Below, in pieces: positions 63,961 to 64,000 of a stretch of 64,000 bases of DNA; position 1 is the stretch's first letter; every line of letters begins with the position of its first letter. Position numbers and translations under genes: made by a program. Location: the NCBI GenBank assembly GCA_963749495.1, contig CAVVMW010000016.1, positions 32,001 to 96,000 of the forward strand. The letters run 5' to 3'. The notes below the pieces were generated by a model, which saw only the letters and a list, made by a program, of their open reading frames with translations, was not told the origin of the DNA and made no database searches. The DNA comes from an uncultured bacterium (GTDB taxonomy: Bacteria > Verrucomicrobiota > Verrucomicrobiia > Limisphaerales > UBA8199).

Positions 63961-64000
63961 AGGCGAAATCAACCCAATTATTGCGATGATCGTGCCGCCA

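Overview
High-GC bacterial DNA, most likely Verrucomicrobiota subdivision 3 (inferred from H-X9-DG-type prepilin-like, DUF6600, Tat-exported Gfo/Idh/MocA and C-terminal 'RFYR' proteins). Bases 1-29 kb are mostly core or catabolic genes: exbD/exbB, uvrB, folP-cdaA-cdaR, a TolB-like/unknown-paralogue/FGE-sulfatase/GH92 cluster, and a DUF4266-redoxin cluster. At least seven families of palindromic repeats are interspersed among them. Bases 29-64 kb are a rearranged accessory zone. Its main feature is repeated duplication of gene 3' ends with different cargo between the copies: three comM tails (two starting at the same nucleotide) plus a distant 53-nt comM 5' piece, a 263-bp oxidoreductase tail bracketing a dcm-vsr module, and a triplicated MFS tail inside a ~2.96-kb duplication. 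The zone also holds an intact ISL3 with an 8-bp target duplication, two ISL3 derivatives, RAYT and GxxExxY remnants, and many genes collapsed to their two ends. About 14 single-base frameshifts in otherwise intact genes are probably sequencing errors. No rRNA, tRNA or CRISPR array was seen. Family names come from motif recognition only; no searches were run.
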